DNA of 33,238 nucleotides from Dehalococcoidia bacterium (GCA_963578655.1 CAUZEB010000003.1:1-33238); one strand, 5' to 3'. Shown: positions 10,763 to 20,326, numbered from the stretch's first letter. Made by a program: numbers and translations. Notes: generated by a model from the letters alone, not told the origin.

Positions 10763-11056
10763 TTGAATGTTGGAATTTACAAAGTCAAAATACGACTACC
10801 AGAGAACCAAACCTTGAAAGGTAAGCGAAGTACAATTAACTCACTTTGTCATCGCGTTAGAAACAAATTTAACGTTTCCATATCAGTGGTGGACAATCAA
10901 GATACCTGGCAATTAGCCACCGTAGGTATAAGTTACGTAAGTAATGATACACGACAAACCAATAAAGTACTCGATCACGTAGTCACCTTCCTTCAATCGG
11001 CTAGAGGTGACATTGATCTGGTTAGTTACGAACAGGAAACCCTCACGGGTTTTTAA
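10763..11056 (+). CDS. DUF503 (YlxP-like) protein
   Basis: LPENQTLKGKRS..RVRNKFNVSIS.VD.QDTWQ.A.VG pattern; GGAGG RBS. Confidence 0.88.
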   Translation: MNVGIYKVKIRLPENQTLKGKRSTINSLCHRVRNKFNVSISVVDNQDTWQLATVGISYVSNDTRQTNKVLDHVVTFLQSARGDIDLVSYEQETLTGF

Positions 11057-11143
11057 ACTTGATTTCAAGATCAGTAATTTCGCGATTTATTTATGGAAGA
11101 ACCGCGCAATATATAATCTCAATTCGCCTGATCCAGGAGCACC

Positions 11144-11524
11144 ATGATGCATCAAAACGAGGAAATACATAGAAACCAAGAACGCATCAAATTACTTTTA
11201 CATACAGAGGAAATTGCAATATTGATCACCTCTCTCAGTGCATTAAGATCAGAACTAGCGCTTGCTGATGAACAAATTAGGGAACTTCAAGTCCCAGAAA
11301 TAAAAATTCGCATCCCAGATAATCTGTTTCAAAGCTTAGATCCCATTATCGATTCCATATCTAGAAATGTAATGGAACAAAGTGAACGATATTTTGAGGA
11401 GAAGAAAGATTTAGAAGGGAAACAATTATTCCACTCTACAATGCACGAACGCTGGCAATGGCATTCCCAACTTATAGAGCTTATGCAATTGGTTCTGGCA
11501 GCAGCATATAGGGAAAACGGGTAA
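11144..11524 (+). CDS. hypothetical, predicted helical protein
   Basis: 126-aa ORF with an AGGAG RBS, protein-like composition and no competing gene; family not recognised. Confidence 0.7.
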   Translation: MMHQNEEIHRNQERIKLLLHTEEIAILITSLSALRSELALADEQIRELQVPEIKIRIPDNLFQSLDPIIDSISRNVMEQSERYFEEKKDLEGKQLFHSTMHERWQWHSQLIELMQLVLAAAYRENG

Positions 11525-11860
11525 CCCTACTAGTTAAGTTATCTTAGCCCACGTTCAGGCCACTTTTACAGATACTCGCTATCAACACTTTACTGTCACA
11601 TGTCTTTTACCCATAGGACCACTCCGTGTACCTGTTATCGTGTTACTAGGGTCTTATATATTTAATATCTCTAATATTTGCACGTTACGACATCACTATG
11701 AGCTTTTAGTTACTAAACTATAATCCAATTGACTCGTTGTAAAACTTATGATAAGTTCCAACCATAAGTAACAAAAAACCCCGTGTGTAATTCTTACATG
11801 CTCGGTCTGTGAAATTGTATTCAGTGTTACTGTATTACTACTAACTGAGGAGGGAATATT

Positions 11861-12148
11861 ATGGCTACTGGTGAAGGCAAATTTGAGGCAGAAATTATTT
11901 ATTGCGTCCCTTGAGCTCACCTCGGTACGGCGGTCTGGATGGCCTCCGAGATTTTCGCTGAAGGTGGAAAGGATGTTGCCCTGAAGATTACCCCTGGTAC
12001 TGCTGGAATACTACAGGTTTTTATAGACGGTGACAAAGTATATGATAAGGCAGAAGAGGACGGACAGTTCCCGACATTACCCCGCGTTAAGGAAATACGT
12101 GCTATTGTTAGGGAACGACTGGATTCTCTATCATTGAATGCTGATTGA
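11861..12148 (+). CDS. SelW/Rdx-family selenoprotein (CxxU; Sec at UGA 11912-11914), 95 aa
   Basis: GAGGAGG RBS, then ATG 11861: MATGEGKFEAEIYYCVP-U-AHLGTAVW, continuing in frame into track ORF 11939-12148. That ORF carries the Rdx-type C-terminus (GTAGILQVFIDGDKVYDK..GQFP). Confidence 0.88.
11921..11950 (+). promoter_or_regulatory. putative bacterial SECIS element
   Basis: CTCGG(11921-25)/CCGAG(11946-50) and GGC(11929-31)/GCC(11942-44) stems enclose GGTCTGG; the GGTCTG begins 18 nt after the UGA. Confidence 0.6.
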
Positions 12149-12172
12149 TTTTTTTGTTTTAACACGGATTTT

Positions 12173-12206
12173 AAAGCTCTAGGCTTAACCAGCCTAGAGC
12201 TTTTTT
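12173..12206 (+). terminator. intrinsic terminator after the selenoprotein gene
   Basis: AAAGCTCTAGGCT-TAACC-AGCCTAGAGCTTT is a perfect 13-bp inverted repeat running into T6. Confidence 0.9.
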
Positions 12207-12303
12207 ACTTGGATTCACCCCCATATCATAATATTTAAGAACCTCACATTTCTATCCTGATGTGAACTAAGCTTCAAATAAAAAGTCCCGGAGATGAGGT
12301 GAT

Positions 12304-14239
12304 GTGTTGGGCGCTTTAGATGGTATTACTATTCTGGAAATTACCGGTAATATGTCAGGTGCAATAGTTACCATGCTACTTTGTGATAACGGGGCTAGAG
12401 TCATACGTGTAGAAAACGACATACACACTAACGCGAGAAATACTCCAGAATATGCGGTTTGGGACAGGGGTAAAGAAAAGTTTCATTTGAATCTACATAA
12501 GGATTCTGAAGCCAATAAGCACGATTCATTAGACATATCCAGTTTTTTTACCAATTAGTGAAAAGTATCGATGTCTTGGTTACGGACTCGATGACACAGT
12601 GGCATTCGATGATGGATATCACCTACCATAAACTTTCAGTCATTAACCATCAATTAATCTATTGCTCCATATCTTCATATGGCGGAGAGAGGGCCCTACA
12701 ACATGACTTCTCGTTAGATGATCTAGTTATGGCTCGTACGGGCATTTTATCGTCACAACCTTTCTTCCGTCCAGGTCCTGTACATGTGATACATCCCTTG
12801 CCGAGTATAGGCGCATCCCTGTGGGCATCCATAGGGACCGTCGCTGCTCTATATGCTAGAGAGAAAACGGGGGTCGGAAGAAAAGTAGCAACTTCCCTTA
12901 TGGCTGAGAGTTTAATGTTCGCCCCAAAAACACTCGGGGAACACCTTTCAGATTTCTTTTCCCTAATTCACCCACAGATGGTGGACCTTTCTATAGCCTG
13001 TATGAATGTGCAGACGGTGAATGGATCCAGTTAGGTTATGTTCATGGAGGATTTATTGATATTGCGATATCAGTCATGAGTATAGCTCACTTAATTACAG
13101 AACCGAAATTTGGGGAAGGAAGAAATCCAGATTCCGAACACTCCAGACGAGTACTCTTTGAAATAGTCAGAGATGTCATAAAGACTAAGGCATTTAACGA
13201 ATGGGAAGACTTATTTGAAGATGCCGATGTCCCATTCGCCAAAGCATACACAACGGACGAAAGTATGGACAATCCCCAAGTTCGATTTAACAATATGGTA
13301 GTAACTGTAACAGATCACGAACTTGGGGATATGATGCAAATGGGCAACTCGATTAAATTTATCAAATCGCCCGGTGAAATCAAGAATGGGAAGCAAATTA
13401 GTCATTTACATAATAACCCGACTTTCGCCGAGTTATTGAAAAGCTTATCAATTAAAAACATCCCCAGTAGTACGACTAAAATGAGTAAGGAAGATCTACT
13501 GCCAACTTCCTTAGAAGGGGTTAAAGTTGTCGAACTAACAAATGTAATTGCAGGACCTATGGCAGGCAAAATCCTAGCAGATTTGGGGGCTAACTGTATC
13601 AAGATAGAACCTCATTATGGTGATATTTCGCGTGCAGGAGGATCTGAGTTCTTCATTCATCTAAATTCCAATAAACGTTCTATATGCTTGGATGCAAAGA
13701 CCAAATCAGGAAAATCTATAATACAGAAGTTAGTTTCGAAAGCAGATGTAATTCTAGATAACATGCGCCCCGGTGCGGGAGATCGTATGGGTGTTGGACA
13801 TGAATCCATGACCAAGCTCAATCCTAACATAACTGATACCCACGTCACAGGCTATGGATCATCGGGACCATATTCTTAAAGACCGGGTGTCGCGGCCCCT
13901 GGTGAAAGCTCTAACAGGATTGCATCGAGCCCAGAGCGGGACAGAGAATCCGCCGAATTTGGCAGTTATAACTCGAACGTCTGCTTACAGTTACTGCATG
14001 ACGTTGGAGTTCCTTGAGCACCAGTAACAACTAACTATGGGATAAAGTTTTTCTCTGACCCACAGGCAATCGCCAATAACATGATTATAGAACACAATCA
14101 CAGAAATTTCGGCAAACTTAAATTCTCACATAATTTAATAAATTTTGGAGCAACGAAAGAGATATATGCTAGGACAACCCCATTTCTTGGAGAGCATACC
14201 GCTGAGATCCTGAAGGAATTAGTGATTGACTATCGATGA
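12304..14239 (+). pseudogene. degraded double-domain CaiB/BaiF (family III) CoA-transferase
   Basis: Fragments ALDGITILE..DNGARVIRVE..WDRGK, YECADGEWIQL, LEGVKVVELTNVIAGP..LADLGA..KIEP..NSNKRS..DNMRPG and PFLGEHTAEILKEL. They are broken by frameshifts (about 12545, 12960, 13893), an in-frame TAA at 13877 and an apparent internal deletion. Confidence 0.82.
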
Positions 14240-14293
14240 CGCTATACTTGGCCTAAATACTGTAACCAATAGAAAGCAGAAAGTTAAATTTAA

Positions 14294-17173
14294 GTGGACA
14301 AAAAAGTGGCATCACACGAGGAAAATCAAGGTAACATTACCCCTTTAAAACTTCCACCTGTTTTAATTGCTATTGCAATCATTCTTGTAATAGCCTCACA
14401 AATACTTGTACATCATTTCGCGCCTGTTTTGGTAATAACGCCACTTGTAATCGCTACGGTAATTGTTTCACTGGTTGTTTCGGGAAAGAAGTATCGTAAA
14501 CTAGATAAAATTAATATCGTCCCATATCGCATTGCTTATCCTACATCTGACAACGCTAGAATACTGGAAAAAAAACTCGGATTGGTATTTATCTCCTTGG
14601 GTACTCTAGCACTAATTATTTCACTTACTTTCTTTTCGTTAGGACCTCCCCACATCTTAGGTTGGCTGTCCTACAGCACAGCCGTGGCATTTATTCTACT
14701 CAGTCTCCCAGCATTTGACGGAGGATGTACTAGATTCATTAGATGTATTTCACAGGGCAAAATTATCTCCATTAATCTTAAAGACATTCCGATTTGGATA
14801 GCATTAGGACTAATCCTATCTGTGGCTTTGGCCTTAAGACTTTACGAACTCCAAGAACTCCCAGCAGGGTTTTGGTATGACGAAGCCGCCAATTTAAGTA
14901 TCGCGCAGCAAATACAAGAAGATCCAAGTTCCACTCCAGTGTTCTCTAGAGTTATTCCAATATTTTATCTCGTCCCCACAGCCATCCTTATCAGTATATT
15001 AGACATCACACCATCTTCAATACGGCTTATAAGTGTCGCTTTCTCTATCTCTGGAATAGTTGTCTTATTTCTCCTGACACGATTCGTCTTGGGTACCTAC
15101 CCAGCGTTACTGTCGGCGTTGTTATTGGGAGTAATGAGATGGGATATTAACTTTAGTAGAATTGGTATGGTCCCGATAACAATGACCCTTACTACAAGCT
15201 TGGCAGCTTATCTCACCTTAAAGGCAATAGAGCGAGGACATATATCTGCATATGGATACGCTGGCGTAGCATTGGGTTTTGGATTTTGGTTTTACACCTC
15301 TTTCTACGTTTTCCCCATTGTAATCGGATGTATTTTTATTCATCATTTCGTCACTGAACGCCCCAGCCTAAGACCATTTATATCCAAAATAACCGTCATG
15401 CTCACAATCGCTCTATGTATTGCCGCTCCAGTCGCCCAATATGCTTTTCTTAACCCCGACTCTTTTTTCGCAAGGATCGAATCCACGAGTGTGTTTTCTG
15501 AGGTTCCCTTGAACGAAATTTTGAGTGATATTAAATCCGGATTTATGAAACATGCCCTTATGTTTCATTCAAAAGGAGACCTCAATCCACGACACAACCT
15601 ACCAGGATCTCCTATGCTCGACTTTCTTTCGGGAACCCTACTACTACTAGGGCTAATGATCACTATAGTGAAATGGAGAAATATAGGTCTATTCTGTCTC
15701 CCGGTGTGGCTTTTTATAATGATGGTCCCTGGCATATTTACCGTACCTGGGGAAGCTCCTCAAGCTCTTAGATCTATAGGTGTTACGCCAGCTATAGCTA
15801 TACTTATCACAATAGCGATTTACACCATTTGGATAACAGGGCGTTCATCTGAGTGGATCATTTTAAGGAAATCAACCCCTTTTGCCGTCATATTAATTCT
15901 GGGAGTTATTGCAACGAGTAATATTAATACCTATTTTCATACACAAGCTAATCATCCAGATGTATTCACATTATTTAGTACTGACGAAACGTTGATCGGT
16001 GAACACATGCTGAAATTACAGCAAGAGGGTTACAGCATGCTAGTTTCTGGTCAATTTCAATACAGTCTAAACAGATCTCTATTTGCAAATGAACCACGTG
16101 TCGGAGTGGTTAAAGGACCTGAGTCGATACCTATTCATACAAGCTCAGTTTGGCTAGGAGCTTCTATATATCTGGAGCCTCGAGAGAAAAATTTCTACGA
16201 ACTTCTAAACCTTTATTATCCTGAAGCACTATTTAAAGAAATTCGCCCGCCTAATGGAGGAGACATTTTATTCTATTCAGCAGTTATCAGCAGAGAACAA
16301 CTTGAAGCCAAGCAAGGGTTAATAGCCGAATATAGCCTAGCAGATAACTCTGTTAAAGAGATGATACAAAGCAACACAGGAGGCATTTGGCTTGCTGGTT
16401 TCAAATCGCAAGACATGCCTCTTAATCTTTTATGGAAGGGTTCTATACACATTAACACACCAGGTGAATACTCATTCATTCTGGAAGGAACGGCCGACAT
16501 TGATGTAATGCTAGACGGACGGAACATTCTGAATAAGCATCACGATGTCATACACATTAAGCCTGCTATCGGAATGCACTCAATACTCGTGACAGGACGT
16601 TTGGTTACTCGCAATGACGTTTTCAGGTTACTATGGCGCCCACCCAACGGTGAAGTAACAGCTATCCCGACCGAACATCTCTATCACGGAACGATTCGAC
16701 CGATGGGCTTATCCGGACGTTTTTACACGCTGCATGGAGATTCTACAGCCGCCCTGAACCTGACTACAACGAAAATTCCAGACGCCACTGTCTTAACGCC
16801 ATCCATGGATGCATTCTGGTACACCCCAGTAGTCTCGCATCCTTACATGGCAACATGGGATGGCTCGTTAAATGTGCTTGAAGAGGATACCTATACTTTT
16901 AAGGTTCATAGCACGGGAAAGGTAAGGTTGACGATAGACGGGTTCATTAACTTGGAACACCCTCCAACCAAGAGCATTGCATCAGAAAAAAGAGTGACTT
17001 TGAAATCGGGTCAGCACCGGATACGAGTAGATTACACGTCTATTACTCCACTATCTCGTTTTGAGATTTTATGGGCAAACTCGAACGAAGAATTAAAACC
17101 CATACCTATTGAACTACTGTCACCCAACGTAGACCACTTATTCAGCATAGTAGATAGTCGGACAAGAGATTAA
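14294..17173 (+). CDS. GT-C fold (ArnT/PMT_2, GT39/GT83-like) membrane glycosyltransferase with two C-terminal PA14-like domains
   Basis: Many hydrophobic segments, LRLYELQELPAGFWYDEA first-loop motif, SRIG and YTS motifs. PA14-like strands WKGSIHINTPGEYSF..VMLDG and WDGSLNVLEEDTYTF..LTIDG..GQHRIRVDY. Confidence 0.8.
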   Translation: MDKKVASHEENQGNITPLKLPPVLIAIAIILVIASQILVHHFAPVLVITPLVIATVIVSLVVSGKKYRKLDKINIVPYRIAYPTSDNARILEKKLGLVFISLGTLALIISLTFFSLGPPHILGWLSYSTAVAFILLSLPAFDGGCTRFIRCISQGKIISINLKDIPIWIALGLILSVALALRLYELQELPAGFWYDEAANLSIAQQIQEDPSSTPVFSRVIPIFYLVPTAILISILDITPSSIRLISVAFSISGIVVLFLLTRFVLGTYPALLSALLLGVMRWDINFSRIGMVPITMTLTTSLAAYLTLKAIERGHISAYGYAGVALGFGFWFYTSFYVFPIVIGCIFIHHFVTERPSLRPFISKITVMLTIALCIAAPVAQYAFLNPDSFFARIESTSVFSEVPLNEILSDIKSGFMKHALMFHSKGDLNPRHNLPGSPMLDFLSGTLLLLGLMITIVKWRNIGLFCLPVWLFIMMVPGIFTVPGEAPQALRSIGVTPAIAILITIAIYTIWITGRSSEWIILRKSTPFAVILILGVIATSNINTYFHTQANHPDVFTLFSTDETLIGEHMLKLQQEGYSMLVSGQFQYSLNRSLFANEPRVGVVKGPESIPIHTSSVWLGASIYLEPREKNFYELLNLYYPEALFKEIRPPNGGDILFYSAVISREQLEAKQGLIAEYSLADNSVKEMIQSNTGGIWLAGFKSQDMPLNLLWKGSIHINTPGEYSFILEGTADIDVMLDGRNILNKHHDVIHIKPAIGMHSILVTGRLVTRNDVFRLLWRPPNGEVTAIPTEHLYHGTIRPMGLSGRFYTLHGDSTAALNLTTTKIPDATVLTPSMDAFWYTPVVSHPYMATWDGSLNVLEEDTYTFKVHSTGKVRLTIDGFINLEHPPTKSIASEKRVTLKSGQHRIRVDYTSITPLSRFEILWANSNEELKPIPIELLSPNVDHLFSIVDSRTRD

Positions 17174-17592
17174 ACGGAGTGGGATCGTCCTTCATCATCC
17201 ACCTCATGCCCTGAAGGTGCTATCCCTTCCAAGTATTTGGTGTGATTGAAGGGATCTTGGATAGGAAAAAATCCCAATATTTGGGCATCAGATGCATCTT
17301 TATTTGTGAATCCATGGGGGACATTGGGAGGAACAACTATTGTATGATCCGCTCCTACCGAATAGGTTTCACCGTCTATTATAACTTCCAGAGTACCTTT
17401 TAGTACTACAATTAATTCGTCCGCTTCATGACTATGCAGCGGAGCGCCTGCTCCGGTTCCTATAGAACTAAGCGACATACTACTACTCGTAGTACCGTCT
17501 CCGTTTTTTGTAATGTCCCACTTTCTATAATTCGGTCTCCAGGGTGTTTCATCAGTATTATTATGATCGATTATTGGCAATGCCGTCACCAT
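17170..17592 (-). CDS. cupin domain protein
   Basis: Cupin motifs GAPLHSHEADELIVVLKG and VVPPNVPHGFTN. The track start at 17628 is probably too long; ATG 17592 or TTG 17580 is more likely. Confidence 0.88.
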   Translation of the reverse strand: MVTALPIIDHNNTDETPWRPNYRKWDITKNGDGTTSSSMSLSSIGTGAGAPLHSHEADELIVVLKGTLEVIIDGETYSVGADHTIVVPPNVPHGFTNKDASDAQILGFFPIQDPFNHTKYLEGIAPSGHEVDDEGRSHSV

Positions 17593-17756
17593 CCCAGTTA
17601 AACAACTGAATAGGATTATATCTATCAATTAAACCGTAATATTTTTTCTATACGCTGTCAATGTTTTGGTCTAATAATGATGATATGTTTCAGCTATGAT
17701 ATACTTCGCTCTACTTTCATTATACGCGGTTAAATACTTTACTTTTGGAGGTAGTG

Positions 17757-19337
17757 ATGTTCGACGTTATCATAGCTAATGGGACAATCGTTGATGGAAC
17801 AGGAGCGCCTAGTTTTCGATCCGACATTGGTATTACAGGGGAGCGTATAGTAGCTATAGGAGACTTATCACAGTCAGAGGCTAAGAGAACTATTTACGCC
17901 AAAGGTCTCGTGGTGGCCCCTGGATTTATCGATACTCATGCTCATTCTGACGGTGCCTTGCTAATGGACCCACAGCATGCCAATGGATTACGCCAAGGAG
18001 TCACCACAGAAATATTAGGCCAGGACGGCCTCTCCTATGCACCATTATCACAAAAAAATTACCGTATCTATCGTCGCTATCTTGCGGGTATCCTTGGAGA
18101 GCCCCCTGAGGATTTGGACATGAGCTCTGTCACCTCTTTCAGATCACACTACCATAAAAAGGTCGCTATAAACACAGCATACTGCGTGGCTCATGGAGCT
18201 GTTCGCCTTGAAACCCTCGGGTTTAAGGATCTCCCTTTGGTGGGAGATCCCCTAGAAAGGGCTAAAGATTTAATAAGGACTGGAATTGAACAGGGAGCAG
18301 TGGGATTCGCGACCGGCATGTCTTACCATCCCAATTCCTGGAGTGACACTACCGAGATGGTGGAACTATGTAAAGCGACTCAAGAAATGGATGGCGTATA
18401 TGTAACTCATCTCAGGGATGTGAACACAGATCGTGCCTTTGGGGGCGGAGGAGTTCCTGAGGCACTCGAAATCGGGAGACTGTCGGGTGTTAAAGTCCAC
18501 TTTTCTCATCACCGTACCCAACCAGGAACTGAAGGCAAAATTGCTGACAGGGTTAACTTGATAGACAAGGCAAAAGCCAACGGCGTTGACTGTACACTGG
18601 AGCTATATCCTTACCCAACCGGTAGTAGTTTTCCGGCCAGCTTCCTTCCCAGTTACGCACACGAAGGCGGCCCTGATGAAATGCTAAAAAGACTTAAGGA
18701 TCCCACAGAAAGGATACGGATAATAGAATACTTAGACGATTACACTAGGCGTCCATTAGACGAAGCAGTGTTCACGTACGTGCCCAGAAACAGTCACCTC
18801 GAAGGAATGACTTTGTATGATATAGCGCAAGAGAGAGGCGTCTCTATGGGTGAAACAATATGTGACATGCTTATAGAGGAGGACTTGCAAATTTGTTACC
18901 GAGGAGCCCCTCCACATAACATATCAGTATGGAGACAAATCAGCCAAGATTGTGTTGAGCTTCTATCAAGAGACGACTACATGGTAGGCAGCGATGCCAT
19001 ACCATTAGGTACCCTTCCACATCCTCGTGCATACGGATGCTTCCCTAGATTCATAGGTAGACTACGTCGAACATTTAACATTATTAGCCTAGAACAAATG
19101 GTCCAACGAATGACTCAAAACCCAGCTGTACGTTTCGGTATTACCAAGCGCGGAGTAATAAAGGAGGATTACTACGCCGATATCGTAATTTTTGATGCAG
19201 AGCATGTAATCGATAATGCAACATACGACGACCCCATTCAATTTCCGTCAGGCATACCATATGTTATTGTTAATGGCCAGATAGCTGTCGACGATGAAGT
19301 CTGTACCGGTGTATTGGCCGGTCAGGCTGTTCCTTAG
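17757..19337 (+). CDS. N-acyl-D-amino-acid deacylase (D-aminoacylase) family amidohydrolase
   Basis: Motifs FDVIIANGTIVDGTG, APGFIDTHAHSD, YVTHLRD, HFSHH, GSDA, PHPRAYGCFPR and ADIVIFD; GGAGGT RBS before ATG 17757. Confidence 0.9.
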   Translation: MFDVIIANGTIVDGTGAPSFRSDIGITGERIVAIGDLSQSEAKRTIYAKGLVVAPGFIDTHAHSDGALLMDPQHANGLRQGVTTEILGQDGLSYAPLSQKNYRIYRRYLAGILGEPPEDLDMSSVTSFRSHYHKKVAINTAYCVAHGAVRLETLGFKDLPLVGDPLERAKDLIRTGIEQGAVGFATGMSYHPNSWSDTTEMVELCKATQEMDGVYVTHLRDVNTDRAFGGGGVPEALEIGRLSGVKVHFSHHRTQPGTEGKIADRVNLIDKAKANGVDCTLELYPYPTGSSFPASFLPSYAHEGGPDEMLKRLKDPTERIRIIEYLDDYTRRPLDEAVFTYVPRNSHLEGMTLYDIAQERGVSMGETICDMLIEEDLQICYRGAPPHNISVWRQISQDCVELLSRDDYMVGSDAIPLGTLPHPRAYGCFPRFIGRLRRTFNIISLEQMVQRMTQNPAVRFGITKRGVIKEDYYADIVIFDAEHVIDNATYDDPIQFPSGIPYVIVNGQIAVDDEVCTGVLAGQAVP

Positions 19338-19359
19338 AACACAATAACGGTTCCTCAAA

Positions 19360-20097
19360 TTGGAATTTATCGATATCGGTCTTGCAGTATTAAGTAGCTT
19401 TCTAGGGGCGTTTGTATTTAGTACAGTAGGATTTGGCATAGGTATGACTAGTACGCCTGTGCTTCTTTTTGTTTTTGACCCCCAGACAGTTGTGGTGGTC
19501 GTAAACACAGTCTCTTTGGTTCTGTTTGTTCTTATCATTATTCAAACAAGATCGTCCCTGCCAATACGGCAAATCACGCCAATAGGCATATCAGGAGTCG
19601 TAGGCGTTCCGTTCGGAATATTTGTATTAGGTTGGGCTAATACGAGTATTCTTAGGCTGGGGATTACTATTTTAATTATTCTCCTCACGCTAGCTGTTGC
19701 TGTGAACACACAAAGTCCAATCCTAAATCGAAGATTCGCAGGTAATGTCATCGGATTTATAGTTGGAGTGCTTATCACATCGACTGGCGTGGGAGCCATT
19801 TTTTTAGTTTTGTTTCTACTCGCTCGTAATTGGTCAAAGAATGCCCTAAGAGGGGGATTATCTCTTTATTTCCTATTTCTGGAAGGGGCAGCTGTGTTAA
19901 GTTACCTGGCAACCGGCATGATGACATTTGAACGGGTAGTGCTGATCTCTATCTCTATAGTACCATCATTGGCGGGATTCGGACTCGCTTCTTTAGTGGT
20001 TAGTAGAATGAATGAAATCATGTTCCAACGAGTCGTCATATTCGTAATAATAGTCACTAGTCTTATCGTAATTGTTAGAGAAATAACCACTCTATGA
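19360..20097 (+). CDS. TauE/SafE (sulfite exporter) family membrane protein
   Basis: About 8 hydrophobic segments with GAFVFSTVGFGIG..TPVL and the repeat GFIVGVLITSTGVG. Confidence 0.8.
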   Translation: MEFIDIGLAVLSSFLGAFVFSTVGFGIGMTSTPVLLFVFDPQTVVVVVNTVSLVLFVLIIIQTRSSLPIRQITPIGISGVVGVPFGIFVLGWANTSILRLGITILIILLTLAVAVNTQSPILNRRFAGNVIGFIVGVLITSTGVGAIFLVLFLLARNWSKNALRGGLSLYFLFLEGAAVLSYLATGMMTFERVVLISISIVPSLAGFGLASLVVSRMNEIMFQRVVIFVIIVTSLIVIVREITTL

Positions 20098-20270
20098 AGA
20101 CACCTCTGTTCGATGACATACTGTAACGATTCTACACTCATTAAATAATGTACGGGTATTATTAACGCAAGGTGTTTCGGGTATATTCACTTTAAAACGC
20201 TCGTTGAATTCATGTCTAAGATTTTCCTCATCTCTGATATTACGACTCTCGTTTGAGTTTAGGAAGTTAT

Positions 20271-20308
20271 TTAACACTTATTTAACATTTTGGCAATATT
20301 TCAGAAAC
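20271..20308 (+). promoter_or_regulatory. GlnR(OmpR-type)-like tandem boxes upstream of glnA
   Basis: TTAAC-n6-TTAAC-n6-GCAAT-n6-GAAAC, exact 11-bp phasing. Confidence 0.5.
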
Positions 20309-20326
20309 ATCCTACATTAATAATAC

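Noticed and set aside
11786-11826. TGTAA-TTC-TTACA palindrome and TGTGAA..TTCA half-sites upstream of the selenoprotein
   Set aside because: Spacing does not fit Rex, CRP or TnrA consensus, and such short matches are expected in AT-rich DNA.
11696-12165. Two minus-strand ORFs meeting near the Sec codon
   Set aside because: Antisense to the selenoprotein. RBS, family motifs and terminator all support the + strand.
13877-13879. In-frame stop in the CoA-transferase as a possible recoding site
   Set aside because: It is TAA, not TGA or TAG, and is accompanied by frameshifts and a deletion, which indicates decay.
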